From assembly GCA_044225865.1 (NCBI GenBank), contig JBGAID010000021.1, positions 40,280-104,279 of the forward strand: a stretch of DNA of 64,000 nucleotides, in the 5' to 3' direction. Within the stretch, counting starts at the first letter, position 1. The number at the start of each line of letters is the position of its first letter. The notes under the pieces were generated by a model. The model saw only the letters and a list, made by a program, of their open reading frames with translations. It had not been told where the DNA came from and made no database searches. Below, in pieces: positions 9,581-19,484 of the stretch. Both the position numbers and the translations under genes were made by a program. The DNA is from Polyangiaceae bacterium (GTDB taxonomy: Bacteria; Myxococcota_A; Polyangia; Polyangiales; Polyangiaceae).

Positions 9581-11515
9581 CTACTCGGCGGCGGTGACGT
9601 TGGCGCTGATCTTCTCGATGCGGACAGCGGCGGCCTTGAACTCCGCCGTCCCCGACTTGGGATCGGTGGCGTCGATGGTGAGGACGTTCGTGTCGATCTC
9701 GTTGGGGAAGTGGAACGTCATGAAGACGAGCCCGGGGCGGAGCCGCGCGCTGATGCGCGCGGGCACGTCGAGCGAGCCGCGGCGCGACGAGACGCGGACG
9801 ATCTCTCCGTCCGCGACGCCGAGCCGAGCCGCGTCCTCGGGGCACAGATCGACCGTCTCCCCGCGCCGCAGCGGCGAGCGGTAGCTCCCCGACTGCACGC
9901 CGGTGTTGAACGAGGAGAGGCGACGCCCGGTCGTGAGCCGGAACGGGAAGTCCGCGTCGAGCGCCTCCACCGGGCCTCGCTGCTCGGTGCAGTGAAACGG
10001 CGCGCGGGGGCCCACGAGCGGCTCGGCCCAGAGGCGTCCGTGGAGGAACGGGGAGCCCTCGCTCGCCTCGTCGGGGCAGGGCCATTGCACCCCGCCGAGC
10101 CGCTCGAGCTTCTCGTAGCTCATGCCGGCGTGCATCGGCGAGAGGGTGCGGAGCTCCTCCCAGAGCTCGCGCGGGGTCGGGTCCCCGAGGTCACGCCCGA
10201 GGTGCCGCGAGAGGTCCGCGATGATCGCGATGTCGTCGCGCGCTCCTTGGGGAGGGGAGACGGCCCGGCGCACGCGCTGGACGCGTCGCTCGCTGTTGGT
10301 GACCGTCCCCTCCGCCTCCGCGAAGCTGGCGGTGGCCGGCAGGACCACGTCGGCGAGCTCGGCGGTGCGGGTGAGGAAGATATCCTGCACCACGAGGATC
10401 TCGAGGCCCTCGAGCAGGTGGGTCGCGTGCTTCGAGTCCGCCTCGGATTGGGCGGGGTTCTCGCCGATCACGTAGAGGGCGCGCATCTCGCCGCGCTCCA
10501 TCGCTTCGAACATCTGGGTGAGGTGCCAGCCCGCCTTCGGCGGGATCGTCACCCCCCAAGCGCGCTCGAACTTCGCGCGGGCCGCTTCGTCCTCGACATC
10601 CTGGAAGCCGGTGAGCTTGTGGGGCAGCGCCCCCATGTCGCCCCCGCCCTGGACGTTGTTCTGGCCGCGGAGCGGGTTCAGCCCCGAGCCCCATTTTCCG
10701 ACATGGCCGGTGAGGAGCGCGAGGTTGATCAGCGAGAGGACATTGTCGACCCCGTCGTGATGCTCGGTGATGCCGAGCGTCCAGCAGATCATGGCGCGGT
10801 CGGCGCGCGCGTAGTCCCGCGCCGCCTGCTCGATGAGGGCGGGGGCGATGCCCGTCTGCGCCGCCACGCGCTCGAGGGGATAGCGCTCGAACACGTGCGC
10901 TCGGTAGGCCTCGAAGCCCGTCGTCGCGCGCTCGATGAAGGCGCGGTTCTCGAGCCCCTCCCGCAGGATGACGTGGGCCATCCCGTTCGCGAGGGCGATG
11001 TCGCTCCCGACGTCGAGGCCGAGCCAGCCGTCCGCCCAATCCACCGACGTCGTCCGGCGGGGATCGACGGCGTAGAGCTTCGCCCCGCGGCGCACCCCCT
11101 TCAGCACGTGGTGGAAGAAGATGGGGTGCGTCTCGCGCGCGTTCGAGCCCCACAGAAGGATGACATCCGTCTCTTCCGCTTCGCGATAGGAGCTCGTGCC
11201 GCCGCCTGCTCCGAAGACCGTCGCCAGACCGACGACGCTGGGGGCGTGTCAGGTTCTGTTGCAGCTGTCGATGTTGTTCGACCCGATCGTCGACCGGATG
11301 AACTTCATCGCCATGTAGTTCACCTCGTTGGTCGCCTTCGAGCACGAGAAGATCCCGAAGGTCCGGGGGCCGTGGGCGTCGACGGAGGCACGGATCCCTC
11401 CCGCCGCCCGCGCCATCGCCTCTTCCCATGTCGCCGGGCGCAGCGGCCCGCGCGTCCCGTCGGGGTTTCGGTCACGCACGAGGGGCTGGGTGAGGCGCGG
11501 GAGAGGCTTTCGCAT
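9581..11515 (-). CDS. fdhA: formate dehydrogenase catalytic (molybdopterin) subunit with in-frame TGA read as selenocysteine (around 11249-11251); lacks the usual N-terminal Fe-S domains
   Basis: ATG 11515 with GGAG SD. Two ORF-track pieces (11249..11515 and 9581..11107) are in the same frame, separated only by TGA. Translation ...FGIFSCSKATNEVNYMAMKFIRSTIGSNNIDSCNRT-U-HAPSVVGLATVFGAGGGTSSY... aligns with the FdhF active-site block CARVUHGPSVA. Downstream MopB and molybdopterin dinucleotide-binding domains, ending ISANVTAAE*. No Fe-S N-terminal domain is present in this gene. Confidence 0.8.
11213..11238 (-). promoter_or_regulatory. candidate bacterial SECIS hairpin immediately 3' of the in-frame UGA
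   Basis: mRNA: UGA CAC GCC CCC AGC GUCGUCG-GUCUGG-CGACGGU. A 7-bp stem (including 2 G·U pairs) whose apical region contains GGUCUG, as in the E. coli fdhF SECIS (GCAGGUCUGCACC). Begins 13 nt after the UGA. Confidence 0.5.
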
Positions 11516-11581
11516 GGCGGGCTCCGAGGGGCGGCAGCATACCGGAGCAGGCGGGCGAATCCCACTCGCGCGAGTGGAAAG

Positions 11582-12643
11582 ATGGGCCTCCGCGCGCTAA
11601 GCGTCCACGTTGTGTCGCGCATCGGACAAGCCCTCGTTCGGCACTCCCTCTCCGAGGCCGTCGACGACTTGCGCGCGGACGTTTGGTCCTCCCTCGCCGA
11701 CGAGGCGGTCCTGGAGCGCCTCCCCCTCGAGGTCGATCGCGACGCCTCCGAGCTCACCGCGGGGAGCCGGCCCCAAGTGGTGCTGCGAGACCGGGGGGGC
11801 CGGAGATACCTCTTCAAGCTCGCACCGCCCGACCAGATCGCGGCGGAGCTCCTCGCGTACCGAACGAGGCGCGCGCTCCGTCGCCTCCATGTCCCGGCGG
11901 CGCGGCGCACGATGAAGCTGCCCGAGCTCGGCGAGCGCGAAGGCCTCGTGCAGCCGATGATCCCGCACCATCAGGCTCGCCTGTCGACGGATCCCCTCCA
12001 TTGGACGGCGCTCGCGACGGAGCACCTCCTCCGCGAGCACCCTTGGGAGTGGCTCCTCGCCAACCTCGACACGCACGTCGACCAATACGTGCTCGTCGGT
12101 CCCCACCGGCTCCCTATCAATATCGATTGGGACCACACGCTCGTCGACCTCGACGTGGAGGCATTGGATCGCTTCAACAAGCGCAGCGCGACCGTCGCCC
12201 CGATTCGGAACCTGTTCTATTCCGAGTATGTGGCCGGCCGCGTCCGCGGCGACTTCTATGGCATGCTCCTCGAGGCCCGGCGCATCGAAGCGCGGCTCTC
12301 CGACCGCCGCCTCTCGACGCTCGTGAACCGCTATTGTGATGAGCTCGCCTTGGGGCGGGAGCGCCGCCGTGAGCTCGTGAGCCGGCTCCTTCGCCGGAAG
12401 CGAGGGCTGCCCGCGGCCTTCGATGCGTTCGTCGCCGAGCTCGACCACGATCGGCGGGTCACCCTCGGCGTGGCGACGTCCCGCAAGACGGCCGTCGAGC
12501 AGCTGGCCGCGCGCGCCCAGGACGCTTGGCAGCGACTGTCCATTACCGTCCTCCACGACCACGTCGTGAGACCAAGCTTGAAGGCCTACCGCGCCGTGCT
12601 CGGGGTCGGCGAGCGGGTCATCGGACGCGCCGCCCGCGATTGA
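11582..12643 (+). CDS. hypothetical protein (353 aa), divergent from the FDH operon
   Basis: ATG 11582. Diverse composition (W/Y/F/N/I) and strong GC3, unlike the R/G-rich remainder of the 1585-aa track ORF. HWTALATEHLLREHPWEW...DTHVDQYVLVGP...INIDWDH is faintly kinase/phosphotransferase-like. Confidence 0.55.
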   Translation: MGLRALSVHVVSRIGQALVRHSLSEAVDDLRADVWSSLADEAVLERLPLEVDRDASELTAGSRPQVVLRDRGGRRYLFKLAPPDQIAAELLAYRTRRALRRLHVPAARRTMKLPELGEREGLVQPMIPHHQARLSTDPLHWTALATEHLLREHPWEWLLANLDTHVDQYVLVGPHRLPINIDWDHTLVDLDVEALDRFNKRSATVAPIRNLFYSEYVAGRVRGDFYGMLLEARRIEARLSDRRLSTLVNRYCDELALGRERRRELVSRLLRRKRGLPAAFDAFVAELDHDRRVTLGVATSRKTAVEQLAARAQDAWQRLSITVLHDHVVRPSLKAYRAVLGVGERVIGRAARD

Positions 12644-12667
12644 ACACCACGCTCTCTCTCGGAAGAG

Positions 12668-15292
12668 TCAGACGAGGGCGAACGCGCTCACGATCTGCTC
12701 CGATGCAGCCGACCCGCGATAGAGCGGAGCGGCGGCCAGGACCGACCGCACGATCGGCCCCGCCACCTCCGCCTCTTGCGCGTCGAAGCCGCTCAAGATC
12801 GCGGCGACGGAGCTGGGAAGCCCATCCGGCAACGCCTCGCCGAAGGGACGGGTGAGCAATGCAATCGCGAGCGCGGCCCGGCCCGCGTCGTCACCGGTGG
12901 TCGTGCCCACGAGCTTGCGGAGGCTCGCGAGGGTGCGCTTGAGCTCGGCTTTGAAGAGGCCTTCGCGGTGCGAATGCCCCCGCGCGACGAGCGCCGCCAC
13001 CGCCGCGAGGGTGACCGCGAGATCGCCCCCGAAGATCCCGTCTGCCCCTTGCAGGAGGATCAGCGCGCGAAGCCCCGCCTCGTCGTTGGTGAGGGTCGGC
13101 GGCGGCGCCGCCGCGCGCGCGGGCTGCGCCGGGAGCGCCACCGATCGCGGTACGGCGGGCGCGGGGGCCCGCATCGCGACGGGCGGCGGAGGCGGAGGCG
13201 CCGCGGGAGGAGGGGGTGGCGCGAAGCCTTGGGGAGCGGCCATTCCCATCGGCGCCATCCGGGGCGGAGCGGCCATCGAAAGCGGCACCGGCGGCCCGAA
13301 GCCTGGCGGTCCCCCGAAGCCGCCCGCGAGAGGTGGGCCTGCCGAGAACGCCGCGGAGACGACGTTGGCCGGCATCGGGAGGGCGACGGGGATGCTGCCC
13401 GTCACCACCACCCCGCGATCGTCGCCGTGGGTCGCGACGAGGGCGACGGCGCGATTGGCGAGGCCGAACGCCGTTCCCAGCGCCTCCAGCGTCGGATCGT
13501 CGGCAGCATCGAACTTATAAGTGAGCCGCCTGTTCTTGAGCAGCGCCCACACGAGCGGAGCGACGCCTTCCCCTTGCTCGTTCGAGGCGACCGCGCCCAC
13601 GTCCACGCTGAGCCGCAGGTCTTCTCCGTCGGCGCGCTGCCCCGTCAGGACGATGCGGTCGCCCGCCTCGACCGCGCCGCGAAACGCGAAGAGCGCCGGC
13701 TCGCCCCCAAACAGATCGAGCGGCCCCGCGGGCTCGAGCTGCCTCGGCGCGCGCAGATCTCCGGCGTGGTCGACCGCGACCTTGATGGTCGTCCACAGCG
13801 GTGCGTAGATCGCGTTCTTCAATCGACTGAGGGCGCGCTCGAGGTCCTCGTCCGTGGTGACGGGGATGTAGACCCCGCCCCCCGCCGCCGCGAGCGACGC
13901 GAGCATCGCGTGGTTGACCGAGTTGCCGATGCCGATGACGTGGACGCGCGTATCGACGAGCTTCGCCCGCGCGGCCGCGAGCACGGCCTCCGCGTCCCCC
14001 ACATCGCCGTCGGTCATGAAGACCACCACCCGAAGGCGATGAGGCGCGTCGTCGCCCTTGGTCGGCGCCGTCATCGACACCGCCGCGTCTCCAAGACGCG
14101 CGTCCAGGACCGCGCCGATCGCGAGGGACGCGTGCGTCCCCCCTCGGGAGGAGATGCTCCCGATGAAGGCGTCGGCCGCGGCCAGCATCCTGTCGTCGAA
14201 CGGCACCGGGCGATCGGCGAACGCCTCCAGCGCGTCGTCGAACGCGAGGATGTTGAACCGGTCAACGGGACTGAGGGCGCGCAAGCAGCCGCGCACCGCT
14301 CGAATGGCGGAGCTCATCGGACCGGAGGCCATCGACCCGGAGCGATCGACCAAGAAATGAATGGTCCTCGGAATGACCGGCCCCTCGTCGGCATACGCGG
14401 GCGGCACGATCGCAATCGCGGTCGTCGGTCCCGCCCCATCGGGGCCGGGGGTCGCGTCGTAGCGATGCCACAGCACCGGCACTTCACCCGGCGGCCGGTC
14501 TCCAATTTCCAGGATGAAGTCCCGATCGAGCGGCGCGGGCCCCATCTTCACGACCGTCACCCTCCCCTCCCCCGCGCTCGCAGAGGTGGGGTGGCTCGCG
14601 CACTTGAGCTTGGGCGCGCCCGCGGGCCCGTGCGCGACCGAGACCTGGACCTTCGCGCGCGCGGCGAGGATGAGCGGCCGGGGGCGGTCCACCGCCGCCG
14701 CCTCGATCGGCTTGAGGGCGGCAGGATCCTCCACGAAGCGCGGCATGTACGTGAGCGGGACGATCAAGCGGTGGCCGCCGTCCGTCGGGAGCAGCGTCTG
14801 CACCACCCCCAGCACGACCTCGACCCGCTCGCCCGCCTCGATCGGGGCCACGCGCAGCTGCGCGAGGTCCTCGCCCTCCGTCTCCCCGAGGGCGGCCGTC
14901 TTGCCCGCCTCGAGCGCGCGCGTGTACTCGGCAGCGGCCCGGTCGCGCGCGCGGATCTTCGCCGTGAGGGCGCGCCCGCCGACCGTGACCACGAGCTTCG
15001 CGAGCGCGGCCGAAGGCGGCAAAGGAAAGATCAGATCGCCTTCGACGACCCGCCCGAGGTCGTTCTCGAAGACGACGGCGAGCTCCGAGAGCGCGAAGGG
15101 GCCGTCGACGACCACCTCCGCGTCGAGGCTACGCACCGAGAGATGATCCCCCTGGGCCGTCTCGAGCTGCACGCCCCAGCGCCGGTCGCGCCTTCGGGGA
15201 GGCTCCGCCGCCGCGTCGGTCAGCGGCCAGGTGCACACAGCGCAAGCCGTCAGATTGTTCGCGTTCGGCGCCCCGCACCTTGCACAGTTCAT
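12668..15292 (-). CDS. VIT (vault protein inter-alpha-trypsin) + von Willebrand factor A domain protein with N-terminal zinc-ribbon and Pro-rich region
   Basis: N-terminal MNCARCGAPNANNLTACAVC zinc ribbon, then a VIT-like beta region. vWA MIDAS motif FLVDRSGSM...TDG. Pro-rich low-complexity linker (PPPPPAAPPPPPP). Confidence 0.8.
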   Translation of the reverse strand: MNCARCGAPNANNLTACAVCTWPLTDAAAEPPRRRDRRWGVQLETAQGDHLSVRSLDAEVVVDGPFALSELAVVFENDLGRVVEGDLIFPLPPSAALAKLVVTVGGRALTAKIRARDRAAAEYTRALEAGKTAALGETEGEDLAQLRVAPIEAGERVEVVLGVVQTLLPTDGGHRLIVPLTYMPRFVEDPAALKPIEAAAVDRPRPLILAARAKVQVSVAHGPAGAPKLKCASHPTSASAGEGRVTVVKMGPAPLDRDFILEIGDRPPGEVPVLWHRYDATPGPDGAGPTTAIAIVPPAYADEGPVIPRTIHFLVDRSGSMASGPMSSAIRAVRGCLRALSPVDRFNILAFDDALEAFADRPVPFDDRMLAAADAFIGSISSRGGTHASLAIGAVLDARLGDAAVSMTAPTKGDDAPHRLRVVVFMTDGDVGDAEAVLAAARAKLVDTRVHVIGIGNSVNHAMLASLAAAGGGVYIPVTTDEDLERALSRLKNAIYAPLWTTIKVAVDHAGDLRAPRQLEPAGPLDLFGGEPALFAFRGAVEAGDRIVLTGQRADGEDLRLSVDVGAVASNEQGEGVAPLVWALLKNRRLTYKFDAADDPTLEALGTAFGLANRAVALVATHGDDRGVVVTGSIPVALPMPANVVSAAFSAGPPLAGGFGGPPGFGPPVPLSMAAPPRMAPMGMAAPQGFAPPPPPAAPPPPPPVAMRAPAPAVPRSVALPAQPARAAAPPPTLTNDEAGLRALILLQGADGIFGGDLAVTLAAVAALVARGHSHREGLFKAELKRTLASLRKLVGTTTGDDAGRAALAIALLTRPFGEALPDGLPSSVAAILSGFDAQEAEVAGPIVRSVLAAAPLYRGSAASEQIVSAFALV

Positions 15293-15319
15293 CGAAGCCT
15301 CCCGGGGCCACGATACATG

Positions 15320-17095
15320 TCAGAAGGCCTCGTCGGGGATCCTCACGTGGCTGTCCGCGCCCGAGGCGCACAGCGCGACGAGCGGAGCAACCCTCGGCAG
15401 CTCCGTCTCGAGCCAATAGGCGGCGCACGCGAGCTTTCCTCGATAGAAGGGATCCGCATTGTCCAACTTCGCCGCCACCGCCGCTTGCTCGAGCCACACC
15501 CATGCCACCACGACAATCGAGAGGGCCTCGAGGTAGTCCGCGCTGTGGAGGAGCATCCCGTCGACGTCCCCCGCCGCGCCCTTCGCCCCGAGCTGCATCG
15601 TGAGGACGATGATCCCGTCGAGGGCCTCCAGGACGGCGGGCCCGCCGGGCACCGACGCCGCCTCGACACGCTCCGCGGTGCGCGCCACCTCCTCGCGCAG
15701 CAGACGGAGCGGCTCCCCTCCCCGCGCCACCACCTTTCGGCCGAGAAGGTCCAAGCCCTGGATGCCCGTCGTCCCTTCGTGGATCGAGTTGAGCTTCTGA
15801 TCGCGCAGCCACGACTCCGGCAAATACTCGCTCGAGTAGCCGTATCCGCCGTGGACTTGGAGGGCGAGCGCGTTCGCCTCGAAGCCGCGCTCGGCCGGGA
15901 ACGTCTTCGCGATCGGGGTCAACAGATCCAAGAGCAGCTGGCTCCGCTCCCGCGCCGAGGCGTCCACCGCGTGCTGCGCGAGATCCCCATAGCGGGCCGC
16001 GAACGCGACGAGGGCGAGGCCCCCCTCCACGATGGCCTTCTGGCGGAGGAGCATGCGGCGCACGTCCGGGTGCTGGAGGATGGGCACCTGCGGCGCGCTC
16101 GGATCCTTCGCGCTCGCGGGCCGGCCTTGGGCCCGCGTCCGCGCATAGTCCAGCGCCGCGTGATAGGCGACGGACGCGGTCGCGACGCCATTGAGGCCCA
16201 CCATGAGCCGCGCCTCGTTCATCATCTGAAACATGTAGGAGATGCCGCGGTGGGGCGCCCCGACGAGCCATCCATGACAATCGCCCTTGTCGCCGAACGC
16301 GAGGGTCACGCTCGGCAGCCCCCGCCATCCAATCTTGTGGATGAGGCCGGTGATGGTGACATCGTTCGCGACGAGCGCCCCCTCCGCGCCGACGCGCCGC
16401 TTCGGAATGGCGAACAAAGAGACCCCTTTGATCCCGGCCGGCGCCCCCTCGATGCGGGCCAGCGTCAGGTGCACGATGTTGTCGCGCATGTCGTGATCGC
16501 CGGCGGAGATGAAGGTCTTGTCCCCTTTGACACGGTAGGTCCCGTCCCCCGCGGGCGTAGCCGTCGTCTTCACGTCCGCGAGGCTCGAGCCCGCGTGCGG
16601 CTCCGTCAGGGCCATGGTCCCTGTCCAATCCCCCGAATAGAGCCGCTCGAGGAACAGCCCCTTCACCTCTTCGCTCCCGAACGCCTCTATCAAATGGCCC
16701 GCGCCCGTCGTCAGGCCCAAGTAGCCATAGGCGGAGAGGTTGCCCGCCATGAGATAGACATGCGCGAGGGTGGCCACCGTCATGGGCAGGGACGCGCCGC
16801 CCACCGCCTCCGGGCGTGATGCGGTCAGCACGCCGAGCTCGATCATCGGCGCGAGCAGCCTCTCCAGCTCGGGATGCACGAGCACCTCCCCGGCCACGAG
16901 GCGCGGGGGCGCCTCATCGAGCGCTCGGTACGCCGGAAACAGCACCTCCCGCGCGATCCGCCGGGCTTCCCGGAGGAAGCCGTCGAACGTGCCGCGGTCG
17001 TGGTGGGCGAACGCGGGCAGCGCCGTGAGCGCGGTCGCGTCGAGCACGTCGTGCAGGAGGAAATCGACGTTCCGATCCGAGACGAGAGGATTCAT
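15320..17095 (-). CDS. acyl-CoA dehydrogenase family protein (long, ~590 aa)
   Basis: ACAD N-terminal, middle and C-terminal signature regions (…[16 protein letters not shown]…, …[34 protein letters not shown]…). Confidence 0.85.
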   Translation of the reverse strand: MNPLVSDRNVDFLLHDVLDATALTALPAFAHHDRGTFDGFLREARRIAREVLFPAYRALDEAPPRLVAGEVLVHPELERLLAPMIELGVLTASRPEAVGGASLPMTVATLAHVYLMAGNLSAYGYLGLTTGAGHLIEAFGSEEVKGLFLERLYSGDWTGTMALTEPHAGSSLADVKTTATPAGDGTYRVKGDKTFISAGDHDMRDNIVHLTLARIEGAPAGIKGVSLFAIPKRRVGAEGALVANDVTITGLIHKIGWRGLPSVTLAFGDKGDCHGWLVGAPHRGISYMFQMMNEARLMVGLNGVATASVAYHAALDYARTRAQGRPASAKDPSAPQVPILQHPDVRRMLLRQKAIVEGGLALVAFAARYGDLAQHAVDASARERSQLLLDLLTPIAKTFPAERGFEANALALQVHGGYGYSSEYLPESWLRDQKLNSIHEGTTGIQGLDLLGRKVVARGGEPLRLLREEVARTAERVEAASVPGGPAVLEALDGIIVLTMQLGAKGAAGDVDGMLLHSADYLEALSIVVVAWVWLEQAAVAAKLDNADPFYRGKLACAAYWLETELPRVAPLVALCASGADSHVRIPDEAF

Positions 17096-17202
17096 CGGAG
17101 TGGAACGTTAGCAGGCCGCTGCCGCGAGGGGTCCGATGCCGACCGGGCTCTTCGACGAGCGATCGGCATCGGCGCCTTCCTCGGCCGCGGATCAGGAACG
17201 CG

Positions 17203-17796
17203 TCAGATGCAGAACCCGTCGACGTCGCAGATCAGATCGCCGCAGCAATCCAGATCCCCGAGGCACGCCTCGTCGACGTCCGAGCAGACGTTGCAGGTGG
17301 CGGTGCTGTCGCAGACGAGGCCATCGCAGCAATCCAGGTCCTCGACGCAGGCCTCCGCGACGTCGAAGCACTCGACCGCCCCGCAGATCCCCAGGTCGCA
17401 GACCCCGGTGCAGCAGTCCACGTCGTCCACGCAGGTCTCCCCGTCCACGAAGCACGTCCCGGGGACACCGCAGAACCCGTCCGACGCGCAGTACTCACTG
17501 CAGCAATCGGCGTCCGTCAGGCACTCTACATCGTCCTCGAAGCAATCGACGGCGGCGCTACACGTCCCGTCGGTTGCGCAACTGTGGCTGCAACAATCGG
17601 CGTCGATAGTGCAGGCGCCACCGTCGTCGATGCACGTCCCGGAGCTCGGGTGGCAAAAGCCATCCGCCCCACAGGTAGAATCCGCGTCGCAGTCGGCGTT
17701 CGACACGCACGTCGTGGGGTCGACTACGAGGCAACCGGCAAGCAAAGAGAAGAGCCCGAGCGCCGCGGCGGCGCCCCCCAACAATCTTCGTTTCAT
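17203..17796 (-). CDS. cysteine-rich repeat lipoprotein
   Basis: MKRRLLGGAAAALGLFSLLAGC lipobox. About 6 tandem ~18-aa D-x-DCC-x(3)-C-x-DG-x-C modules. Confidence 0.6.
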   Translation of the reverse strand: MKRRLLGGAAAALGLFSLLAGCLVVDPTTCVSNADCDADSTCGADGFCHPSSGTCIDDGGACTIDADCCSHSCATDGTCSAAVDCFEDDVECLTDADCCSEYCASDGFCGVPGTCFVDGETCVDDVDCCTGVCDLGICGAVECFDVAEACVEDLDCCDGLVCDSTATCNVCSDVDEACLGDLDCCGDLICDVDGFCI

Positions 17797-17865
17797 GTTC
17801 GTAAGACCTCCGGCGAAAGAGCATTGCAAGCGTCGAGCCGGTAGGACGCCCCCTCGCCCCCGTCT

Positions 17866-19290
17866 CTACGTCAGCTCTTCGAGGGAGCGCCCCTCGCTCG
17901 GCACACAAAGAAGGCGGGCGACGATCGCGGCCGCAACCATCAGCGCCGCCGCGAACCCATACCCGGCAAACAGGCTCGCCGGGTCTCCCTCCTCGATGAT
18001 CCGGGCGAACAGCGACGGCGCCACCGCTCCGCCCCCCGTGCCGACGGCATAGAAGAGCGCGATCGCCATTCCGCGCACCTCGACCGGAAACAGCTCGCTG
18101 ACGGTGAGGTAGGCCGAGCTCGCCGCCGCCGACGCGACGAAGAACACGACGCACCACGCGATCGTCTGGGTGCCCGCGTCGAGGAGCCCGCCCCAAAACA
18201 AGAGCCCCGTTCCGAGCAGCAACACGCCCGAGGCGGCGTACGTGATCGGGATCATCACCCGCCGCCCCAACCGGTCGAAGAGCGGACCAAGCAACAGAGG
18301 ACCGAGGAAGTTCCCCGCTGCGAACGGCACCACGTAGAGGCCAATGCGCTCCGGCCGGACGTGGTGAAACCGCTCCAAGATGAGGCCATAGGAGAAGAAG
18401 ATCGCGTTGTAGAAGAAGGCTTGCGCGATCATCATGACGAGCCCCAGCACCGTCCGCCGGGGGAAGCGGCGCATCAGCACGTGAAAGACGTGCCTCGGCC
18501 CCACCGCCCCCATCACCGTGATGTCGACGAGGGCCAGAGCCTCGGCCGCGGCCACGGGACCTCCTGCTCCTCGGATCTTCTCCTCGATCGCATCCAAGGT
18601 GCGCGAGGCCTCCCTCACATGGCCGTGCATCAAGAGCCACCGCGGGCTCTCCGGGACGTCGCGGCGCACGACGAGAATGGCGAGCCCGATGATCGCGCCC
18701 ATCCCGAACACCAACCGCCAGCCGATCTCCACCGGGATCCACCTCGGATCGAGGAGCACCAACGTCAGCCCCGCCCCGAGGGCGACCCCGACCCAATAGC
18801 TGCCGTTGATCCCGAGATCGATCCGACCGCGCAGCCGCGCCGGCACGAGCTCGTCGATCGCGGAGTTGATCGCGGAGTATTCGCCCCCGATGCCCGCCCC
18901 CGCGAGGAATCGAAAGACGAGGAACACGGCGAGCCCGGGCGCGGCCCCGCTCGCAGCGGTAGCGGCCAAGTAGAGACCGAGCGTCACGAGGAACAGTCGC
19001 TTTCGCCCGTAGCGGTCCGTCAGATGACCGAACACGAGGGCGCCAACCACCTGCCCGATCAAGTAGACGGTGTTTGCGAGGCCGACCTCGGAGACCCGCA
19101 GCCCCAGCGTCCTCTCGTCTTGCAGCGTTGGAGCGAGGCTCGCGATCAGGCTGGCCTCGAGCCCGTCGAGGATCCACGTGATGCCGAGCGCCATGACCAC
19201 CCGACGGTGCCACCGCGACCACGCGAGCGCGTCCAGGCGCGTGGGCACGTTCGACCGAACGACGGAGCCCCGAGTCGCGTCTGGCCGCAT
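17866..19290 (-). CDS. MFS transporter
   Basis: 12 predicted TM helices. MFS motif GHLTDRYGRKRLF between TM2 and TM3. Confidence 0.8.
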   Translation of the reverse strand: MRPDATRGSVVRSNVPTRLDALAWSRWHRRVVMALGITWILDGLEASLIASLAPTLQDERTLGLRVSEVGLANTVYLIGQVVGALVFGHLTDRYGRKRLFLVTLGLYLAATAASGAAPGLAVFLVFRFLAGAGIGGEYSAINSAIDELVPARLRGRIDLGINGSYWVGVALGAGLTLVLLDPRWIPVEIGWRLVFGMGAIIGLAILVVRRDVPESPRWLLMHGHVREASRTLDAIEEKIRGAGGPVAAAEALALVDITVMGAVGPRHVFHVLMRRFPRRTVLGLVMMIAQAFFYNAIFFSYGLILERFHHVRPERIGLYVVPFAAGNFLGPLLLGPLFDRLGRRVMIPITYAASGVLLLGTGLLFWGGLLDAGTQTIAWCVVFFVASAAASSAYLTVSELFPVEVRGMAIALFYAVGTGGGAVAPSLFARIIEEGDPASLFAGYGFAAALMVAAAIVARLLCVPSEGRSLEELT

Positions 19291-19484
19291 CGCGGGACCG
19301 TAGCAGATCGTTTGAGGTCAAACGATTTGCGGTCGCCCGTTCGTGGCGCCCCGGTGTCCATCGCCGGTGGACACCCTGTCCCTCCCCGTCACCCGCAGGT
19401 GGACACTCCCCCCGACAATCCCTCGAAATTGGAGGACATCACCGGTGCAGCGCTGCCGGCACGGTTCGTGATTGGCGACTCGCC

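Noticed and set aside
6795-11515. Interpretation of the split FDH as a frameshifted pseudogene or assembly error
   Set aside because: The two halves are separated by an entire 1.8-kb NuoEF-like gene, each has its own SD/start and tight coupling signals, and the break falls exactly at a domain boundary.
7886-12643. 1585-aa plus-strand ORF spanning the whole FDH operon
   Set aside because: Arg/Gly/Glu-rich composition typical of antisense shadows in 70% GC DNA. Minus-strand products have unambiguous FDH/NuoEF homology. Only the terminal 353 codons (11582..12643) look genuine.
12776-16819. 1347-aa plus-strand ORF
   Set aside because: Antisense to the VIT-vWA and acyl-CoA dehydrogenase genes. 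Extreme Arg/Glu/Asp/His low-complexity translation.
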